This document shows positions 57,154 to 64,000 of a stretch of 64,000 bases of DNA, piece after piece. The stretch is from Acidobacteriota bacterium. GTDB taxonomy: Bacteria > Acidobacteriota > UBA6911. The notes under the pieces were generated by a model that worked only from the letters and a program-made list of their open reading frames with translations, was not told the DNA's origin and did not search any database. The DNA is taken from the NCBI GenBank assembly GCA_965249005.1, contig CBDFLD010000023.1, positions 559,219 through 623,218 of the forward strand. The letters run 5' to 3'. Position numbers and translations under genes: made by a program. The stretch's first letter is position 1, and each line of letters begins with the position of its first letter.

Positions 57154-58134
57154 TTGAAGCAGACGTTGAAGGTGATTCTGCTGTGGGCGATGCGTGCGAT
57201 TGGACTCTTTGCGCTAGGGAGATACCTTACGCGTCGCGACTTGATGATCGTCGGCTGGCATGGCGTCAGCATGGACGATGAACACGAGCGGTTCCCTAAT
57301 CTCTTCATCACACCGGACTCGTTGAGGCAACGTCTTACGTTTCTCAAGAAGCACTATCGAGTCGTCAGCTTGCAGGAAGCCGTGAAACAGCATGGTTCCG
57401 GTCGATTCAGCTCGAGACAGGTTGTCCTTACGTTCGACGATGGTTTCTACAACTTCTTGAAGATGGCAGTGCCGATCTTGCACGACTTCGCCGTGACCGC
57501 AACCAATTACATCGACACGGATCAGACGGAGGATCAGCGCCCCACCGCTCCGCTTCTCGTAAGAGACGTGATCCTTTCGGCCCACTGCCTCGAGGCGACG
57601 GTGAGCCTCGGTCGTGCACCAATGAAAGTAGGGTTGAGAACCCCTGAAGACCGAGTCAACTTGACGCAGAGTGCGCTCGCCTATATGGAAAGCCTACCGG
57701 TGAGCGGCCTGACTCGTATCGAATTCGCGAAGACGCTAGCATCCGAACTGGGAGTGCTTCCAGACAGCCTCCTCCATCGCCGCGTCTGGCACAAGCTCAA
57801 TGTGGGAGAACTGCAACAGTTGAGCAACGAAGGATTCTCCATCCAGTTGCACACGCACCGCCATCGTAACGTTGTGAACTACTATGAGTCGGCTCAGGAG
57901 GAAATCGAGACCAACCGAGCACACGTCGAACGGTTTACCGGCACCGAAGCACGAGATTTTTGTTATCCATCGGGGAGATGGAGCCGACGTGTTTGGCCAA
58001 TACTGCAGAACGCCGGCATCCGGAGCGCAGTCACCACGAGGCAGGGCCCCAACTCTACCCGGACACCGATCTTCGCGTTACGGCGGGTCATGAACGGAGA
58101 GTCCCCCCGAGTCCTCCGGGCAGCTGGAGTTTGA
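57154..58134 (+). CDS. polysaccharide deacetylase (NodB-homology) family protein
   Basis: N-terminal TM helix and the NodB motif VVLTFDDGFYNF. 326 aa. Confidence 0.6.
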   Translation: MKQTLKVILLWAMRAIGLFALGRYLTRRDLMIVGWHGVSMDDEHERFPNLFITPDSLRQRLTFLKKHYRVVSLQEAVKQHGSGRFSSRQVVLTFDDGFYNFLKMAVPILHDFAVTATNYIDTDQTEDQRPTAPLLVRDVILSAHCLEATVSLGRAPMKVGLRTPEDRVNLTQSALAYMESLPVSGLTRIEFAKTLASELGVLPDSLLHRRVWHKLNVGELQQLSNEGFSIQLHTHRHRNVVNYYESAQEEIETNRAHVERFTGTEARDFCYPSGRWSRRVWPILQNAGIRSAVTTRQGPNSTRTPIFALRRVMNGESPRVLRAAGV

Positions 58135-58327
58135 GTTTCAAATGTCCAATCTCCGATGGTTGCAGCATGCCATTAGGAAGCCGTCCGGACGTCATTGTCC
58201 GTCGGAGCAAGCAAATAGCTCCAAGCAAGATCGCAACTGGCTTTGATCCGGGAGGTTCGCGACTGAGTCCTGGCCAATGCCTGCGAGCGACTCCCAGCGA
58301 GGTACGTCTGACCGGCTCGATTTCAAA

Positions 58328-59824
58328 TCACCGGCTTGTGCTTCTTTTGGGCCTGAGGGAGAAAGTTGAGACGAATCGGCTGAAATCCCCCAGCAACTCC
58401 AGGCGCAGATCGGTAATCTCTGGAATATCTTGATAGAGTACGGTGGCCACGTACACGAGCCCGCCGATCGATACCTGAACCACTAGCTTCATGAGCAACG
58501 GGATTGCAAGTGCCTGGAGTAGGAAAATATCGGTGCCGATGATAAACACAGCCATGACTGCACAACCGAGCACGGCATGCCGCTGCACATACCAGAAATC
58601 GGACCATTTCAACGGAGTGAAAGAAGTGGTCAGGCGGAAAAACATCAGCGTGGTGAAAAGGCTGTGAAGCACGATCGCCCCGGCGATTCCGTTAGCCCCA
58701 AACTGCATTCCGACTGCGCATCCCGGTACGATGACGAGCAATCCCCACAATTGTTGACGTACGTGTGCACGAACACGGTTGTTGGCCACTATCAGGGAAG
58801 AGAGCATTCCCATGTTGGATCGGAATACGCCGGCAAGGACAAAGATCTGCAGTGGCACAGCCATCCCCGCCCATTTCTGCCCATACAGCGACACGACGAA
58901 GTAAGGCGCTACGACTCCCAAACCTACAAGGATAGGATAGTTCACCAGTGTAAGGGGCAGCATGGCCTGGCGATAGGCTCGCCTCAGTTTCTCGGCATCC
59001 TCCTGGATCTCGGAAAATGCAGAGTAGAGTATCGAGTTGACCGGTCGCGAGATCTGTCTTTGCGGCATGGACATGAGCCTGAGCGCTCGTTCGTAGAAAC
59101 CCAGGGCCTCGGCTCCGAAAGACTTGCCCACAATCACGATATCCAAGTTTTGACTCAAGTATCCGAGTTGGCTCTTGAAGAAAAACCACGCGCCAAATGA
59201 AAAGGTGTCCTTCACGGCGGCGTGCGAATAGCGGAAGCGTGGAACCCAGCGCGTGTACCAAACGGAAGCCGCGATCTTGGTCACGGTGGAGATGAGCTCT
59301 CCCCAAACCAGGCTCCAAACTCCGAACCCCGAGAAGGCGAGGACTACGGCAATCCCGAGTCCCAAGACGCTCGAATACAGCACGGCAAGCCAGAATTCGC
59401 GGAACTTGAACTCCTTCTTGAGCTTGGCCATGGTAACCGAGGTGAAGCTGGTCAATAGGAAGTTGAGCGTCATCAGGCGGAGAACGTTTTCAACCTGAGC
59501 ATTCTCGAACCATACCGCTGCATACGGGGCGGCGATGTTGACGAGGACCAGCACCACGGCGTAGATTGCGAAGTTTACGCAGAATACGGAATTGAAGTGT
59601 TTCTCGGTAGCGTCCTTTTTTTGGATCAGCGCGGCAGCGAAGCCGAATTCGCTGACCCGCTTGCCATAAAGTAGAAGGATCGTCCCGATGGCCATGACAC
59701 CATAGTCCGACGGTTCCAGCATCCGCGCCAGCAGGACGCTGACGCCAAAGCGTACCAGCTGATTGCCGCCGCTACCGAATGACGACCATAGGACGCTTTT
59801 CCTTACAGCTTTACGAAGATTCAA
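58328..59824 (-). CDS. polysaccharide biosynthesis protein / Wzx-like oligosaccharide flippase (MOP superfamily)
   Basis: 498 aa with ~12-14 predicted TM helices. The N-terminus LWSSFGSGGNQLVRFGVSVLLARMLEPSDYGVMAI is typical of the Wzx/PST family. Confidence 0.6.
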   Translation of the reverse strand: MNLRKAVRKSVLWSSFGSGGNQLVRFGVSVLLARMLEPSDYGVMAIGTILLLYGKRVSEFGFAAALIQKKDATEKHFNSVFCVNFAIYAVVLVLVNIAAPYAAVWFENAQVENVLRLMTLNFLLTSFTSVTMAKLKKEFKFREFWLAVLYSSVLGLGIAVVLAFSGFGVWSLVWGELISTVTKIAASVWYTRWVPRFRYSHAAVKDTFSFGAWFFFKSQLGYLSQNLDIVIVGKSFGAEALGFYERALRLMSMPQRQISRPVNSILYSAFSEIQEDAEKLRRAYRQAMLPLTLVNYPILVGLGVVAPYFVVSLYGQKWAGMAVPLQIFVLAGVFRSNMGMLSSLIVANNRVRAHVRQQLWGLLVIVPGCAVGMQFGANGIAGAIVLHSLFTTLMFFRLTTSFTPLKWSDFWYVQRHAVLGCAVMAVFIIGTDIFLLQALAIPLLMKLVVQVSIGGLVYVATVLYQDIPEITDLRLELLGDFSRFVSTFSLRPKRSTSR

Positions 59825-59900
59825 ATTCGTCGATCCCTATTCGATTTGCCTGCTCGCAACCCGCTAGACCCGGGCTCCCTGCAATGGTTCATGGGTGTTG

Positions 59901-61481
59901 CTAGACACCAACCAAGGAGCCTTCTCCCGTCTCGTTCCGCAATTGTTCCTTCATGATCTTGCCGGAAGCATTTTTGGGTAACTGCGCGCGCACCAGCACC
60001 GATCGAGGCACCTTGTATTCCGGCAATGATTTTCGGCAGTGCGTGATCACCAGGTCGGCCAAGTCCATAGCGTCATTGGAAGGTACGACGAAGGCGCAGA
60101 TTACTTCCCCCAGGTATTGGTCGGGCACGCCGATCACGGCCGTTTCCATGACGTTCGGATGATCCGAGATGACTTCTTCTATTTCCTTCGCGCTCACACG
60201 GTTGGCACCGGATTTGATCATGTCGCGCTTGCGCCCGACGACGTAGAAGAAACCTTCCTCGTCCATCCGGCCAAGATCGCCGGTGTGGAAACCATGCTCG
60301 GTAAGGACCGCTCGCGTCTCATCTGGCTGGTTCCAGTATCCCTGCATGATGTTTGGCCCCCGTGCCACGATTTCTCCCGTCTCTCCGGGGAGGGCTTCCT
60401 TGCCGTCGTCCCTTATGAGCGAAAGCTCGACGTCTAGGATTGGCTTGCCGATGCTCCCGAGCTTCCGAGAAAGTTCAGGGGGCGGTAGGAAAGTGAGTCG
60501 CGCCGATGCCTCGGTTGCTCCATACATGACGAACAACTGCTTGCCGGGGAAGGTATCCATCACCTCCCGGATAAGCCGAGGCGGCATCGCTCCACCCGCC
60601 TGAGTCAGGTATCGGAGTGACGGGAAGTTCATTTTTCGAACCGCCGACTTGCCCAGCAAGATGGCATACGTTGAAGGGACTCCGGAAAAGCCGGTAGCCC
60701 CCTTGGCTTGCATGGTCCTGAGCACCAGATTGGGAAAGGGAAACCGATTGTCGATCAGGACCGTGCCACCAGCTGCGACGTGGGTATTGATGATCGATGT
60801 GCCGTAAACATACGGAAACGGGAGAACGGTCATTGTCCGGTCTTGTGGACTCAGATCCAGATAGTCGTTGATGCTGCGTGTGTTGGCCACAATATTGCGA
60901 TGGCTGAGCATGGCGCCCCGTGGCTCGGCCGTGCTTCCAGAAGTGTAAACGATTGAAGCCAGTGCCGAGTCCTCGATGCGTGGATTCCGAGGACCGGGCG
61001 TCTGTTCCATGACCTGCGACCAGGACACCGATTCCCATGATCCCGATGGTTCTTCGGGCAAGGTGGCCTTCTCTTCGATCTGGGAATCCAGAACTACGAC
61101 CCCGCGTAGGCTGTGAGCCTCGCCGGCGCAAGCTCGGAGCTTGATCAACTGGTCTCGACCCGCTAGCAGGACTTCAATGTTGCAGTCATTCAGCACATAG
61201 CCCAAGGAGTCCGGAGTGGTGGTGGTGTAAAGCGCTACTACGACCGCACCGGTTTTGAGGATGCCATAGTAGGCTGCCAGATAAGGGCTCGAGTTTCCTG
61301 CTATCAATCCAACCCGATCTCCGTATTGAACCCCCAAGTGAGATAAAGTGGAAGCAATACGATTGGCCGCGTCTTCCAGTGTGCCGTAACGGACAACCTC
61401 GTCTCCGTGAATACAAACGGGATGATCAGGCCTTTGTTGCGCCTGTTGCTCGAGGAAGTGATGGAGAAGCCTTGGTTCCAT
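59901..61481 (-). CDS. AMP-dependent synthetase/ligase (long-chain fatty-acid CoA/ACP ligase-like)
   Basis: YTSGSTAEPRGAML AMP-binding motif, YGATE, and GDLGRMDEEGFFYVVGRKRDMIKSGANRVSAKEIE. Confidence 0.65.
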   Translation of the reverse strand: MEPRLLHHFLEQQAQQRPDHPVCIHGDEVVRYGTLEDAANRIASTLSHLGVQYGDRVGLIAGNSSPYLAAYYGILKTGAVVVALYTTTTPDSLGYVLNDCNIEVLLAGRDQLIKLRACAGEAHSLRGVVVLDSQIEEKATLPEEPSGSWESVSWSQVMEQTPGPRNPRIEDSALASIVYTSGSTAEPRGAMLSHRNIVANTRSINDYLDLSPQDRTMTVLPFPYVYGTSIINTHVAAGGTVLIDNRFPFPNLVLRTMQAKGATGFSGVPSTYAILLGKSAVRKMNFPSLRYLTQAGGAMPPRLIREVMDTFPGKQLFVMYGATEASARLTFLPPPELSRKLGSIGKPILDVELSLIRDDGKEALPGETGEIVARGPNIMQGYWNQPDETRAVLTEHGFHTGDLGRMDEEGFFYVVGRKRDMIKSGANRVSAKEIEEVISDHPNVMETAVIGVPDQYLGEVICAFVVPSNDAMDLADLVITHCRKSLPEYKVPRSVLVRAQLPKNASGKIMKEQLRNETGEGSLVGV

Positions 61482-61484
61482 GGA

Positions 61485-62729
61485 TCAATGCACGCTTTGC
61501 GACTTCGGTGCGGCGATCTGAATACTGCCGCAAGGCACGATTCCGACGCGTGCTCCGTGGGGAAATTCTTCCCGCAAATAGGAATGGATTGATCTCGCGT
61601 TATCAAAGAACGGGTATCCGTCCCAGTAGATCTGATGAAAATCCTCACGCGTGACGCCCGGCATCAGGCCTGCAAGCAAACGGTTCTTCAGGAATGATTT
61701 GCGCGCTGGCGCTCGGTAGACACGCTGGCCCGGGCCGAAGAGCCCGTGGTGTCCAATACCCAGCGAGCAGGCACTGGAAACTAGAAGAAGACCCTTTTCA
61801 CTCAGGTAACCCTCGGGAGCCGTGTGATGGAACATGAGAGCGCTTTCTGCCTGCAGAAGTTCGTCGTCCTTGGGGTATGCGTTCAGAACCACGACATCCA
61901 GGGGTTCTTCCGGTATGCGCGTGGCGTAAACTTGCCGCGCGAAACGTGCGGCCTCGCGATGAGCGATCTCAGTATCCCCGACAAACACCCCACAAATTTC
62001 TCGACATTGGTTTACCACGACGTTGATGCTCAGTTGCACTCCCAGGTGGCAGGCGACTTTACCGAATTCCTCTCGGAAGCGATTTCCTTCCAAGCTTCCG
62101 GCCTTACCCCGGAACCCCATGAGGACCGCTTTGTGGGTCCACTCGATGCTGTCGATATCGGAAAGCCCCGGTAGCACCATCTTGGCTCCGCCACTGAAGC
62201 CGGCAAAGGCGTGGGGCACGACACTGCCGAGCAGAATCTTGAGATCGGCCTGGGCGAAGGTTCGATTCACCCTGACGGAAACGGTGCCTACCTTGATTCC
62301 GATTTCCACCAAGTTGTCCTCGCAGTTGTGGTTTTCAATCGTGATCCTGGAGGCCACCTCTGCTCCGACCTTCTTGATGATTTGCTCCTCTGTGAGTGGC
62401 GTGTGAGATCCCAGGCCAACGATGATTCGAATGTGGTCGTCCCCCACGCCGGCGGCTAGGAGCGTTTTCAGGACGCTCGGCAGAATGCGATGGGCGGGCG
62501 TGGGCCGGCTCAGATCGTCGATCGCGATGGCGACCCGACTTTTTTTTCTGGCCAGTTGTTCCAGGGAAGGTGCTTCGATGGACCGGGCCAAGGCAGAATC
62601 CAACTCTTGATCCGAGAGTGGAGCGGCTCCTGCCATTTCATACACTCGGACGTTGCTGTTGTCGGGAAAGTCGAGGCGGTACCGTTCATCGCCGAACCAA
62701 GCCCGCCAAGGGACCTCAAAAGACTGCAT
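61485..62729 (-). CDS. LarA-like (lactate racemase N-terminal domain / DUF2088) protein
   Basis: 414 aa resembling nickel-pincer LarA-family racemases/epimerases (VAIAIDDLSRPTP...IIVGLGSHTP...). Moderate confidence in the family. Confidence 0.45.
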   Translation of the reverse strand: MQSFEVPWRAWFGDERYRLDFPDNSNVRVYEMAGAAPLSDQELDSALARSIEAPSLEQLARKKSRVAIAIDDLSRPTPAHRILPSVLKTLLAAGVGDDHIRIIVGLGSHTPLTEEQIIKKVGAEVASRITIENHNCEDNLVEIGIKVGTVSVRVNRTFAQADLKILLGSVVPHAFAGFSGGAKMVLPGLSDIDSIEWTHKAVLMGFRGKAGSLEGNRFREEFGKVACHLGVQLSINVVVNQCREICGVFVGDTEIAHREAARFARQVYATRIPEEPLDVVVLNAYPKDDELLQAESALMFHHTAPEGYLSEKGLLLVSSACSLGIGHHGLFGPGQRVYRAPARKSFLKNRLLAGLMPGVTREDFHQIYWDGYPFFDNARSIHSYLREEFPHGARVGIVPCGSIQIAAPKSQSVH

Positions 62730-62971
62730 TATTGCTCATTTCGGTGAGCCTCGACGAACCGGGTAATCGCGTCCACCGATTCGAAGTTCTCCGGCATGAG
62801 TTCGTCTTCTTCGACCTGCAGACCGAAATGCCCTTCCAGAAAGGTTATGAGATCTAACATTCGAATGGAGTCCACGACGCCCTTGATCAGGAGACTGTCA
62901 GAATCGTCAAACAGGGTCTCATCGGGCGTCCCGGATTTCAGGTAACTGCGCACGATCGATCGTATTTCCAT
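62729..62971 (-). CDS. acyl carrier protein-like
   Basis: 80 aa, acidic, with a DSIRMLDLITFLE Ser-containing attachment motif. Its stop overlaps the LarA-like start by 1 nt. Confidence 0.5.
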   Translation of the reverse strand: MEIRSIVRSYLKSGTPDETLFDDSDSLLIKGVVDSIRMLDLITFLEGHFGLQVEEDELMPENFESVDAITRFVEAHRNEQ

Positions 62972-63476
62972 ACCATCACCTAGAAAGATTGATTTTTCGG
63001 GAAATCGAAGGCGGTAGCACTTCTCCCTTCAGTTACTGTGAGACGTCCAATAACCAACTGATTGACATTGAGTTACGATGCCTGTGATCTGGTTCCACCC
63101 GTGGCTGGCTTGATAAAAGAAGAGTGCCGGCAGCGGAAGGGATGTCGAAGTTGAGCACACAAACATCAACCAAACTTGGAATCTACGTACAAGTTCTTAT
63201 CGCACGGAAACCCATGAAAGGTTAAGTATTTAACGCCGGGACGGATGGGGAAGCCAGCTTGGCAGTCCATCCAGGGCACGGATTGCCAAAAAGGAACAGC
63301 CAGGGCGAGGACGGTGAGTGCGGCTCGCTTCTTCATCGGTTTGAAGATGAGCGCCCCAGAACACATGCGCGACCAAAGCTCGTTGAATAGCTTTTCAATT
63401 TGCTCTTCATTCATCTACCTTGAAGGGCAAAAAATGAGGTAAACCATCTAGAATGTCGGATGGCTTGGCCTGATGA

Positions 63477-64000
<524 letters not shown>

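Overview
High-GC (~60%+) bacterial chromosomal segment, most consistent with an Acidobacteriota-like genome: it has many Ser/Thr kinases fused to TM + TolB/PD40 beta-propellers and a TonB-dependent receptor with a carboxypeptidase-regulatory-like N-domain. Layout: (1) 303-2870 encodes an NHL-repeat protein. (2) 3259-33053 is one ~30 kb co-directional plus-strand glycan-biosynthesis supercluster. Unit A (3259-23484) holds a TPP E1alpha/E1beta pair, a split transketolase, three GDP-fucose-synthase-like epimerase/reductases, an RmlC-like cupin epimerase, an aldo/keto reductase, two SAM methyltransferases, a GHMP sugar kinase, a sugar-1-P nucleotidyltransferase, four GT2 glycosyltransferases (three tandem paralogs, one frameshifted; a C10 tract sits just upstream) and Gmd, followed by a weak terminator. 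Unit B (23595-33053) holds a wHTH regulator, ACP, FabG-like SDR, GT4, Fe-ADH, acyl-AMP ligase, LuxE-like acyl-protein synthetase, LuxC-like acyl reductase and a FemAB/GNAT-like acyltransferase. Unit B is my best candidate for an undescribed system: an ACP-dependent fatty aldehyde/alcohol module embedded in a 6-deoxyhexose glycan cluster. (3) 33096-48893 is a decaying, mobile-element-rich region. It contains two tandem disrupted STK-TolB paralogs, a TonB-dependent receptor split by an IS200/IS605-family element, a class-C-like group II intron in that receptor's leader, and a wHTH-STK gene truncated by an intact STK-TolB cassette. (4) Then come tRNA-Ser(GGA), housekeeping genes (DUF1330, SpoT-hydrolase-like HD protein, an RluA-like protein lacking the catalytic Asp, M16 peptidase, HemN), a second small polysaccharide/acyl unit (deacetylase, Wzx, acyl ligase, LarA-like, ACP) and a frameshifted haloalkane dehalogenase at the window end. 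No rRNA and no CRISPR array were seen.
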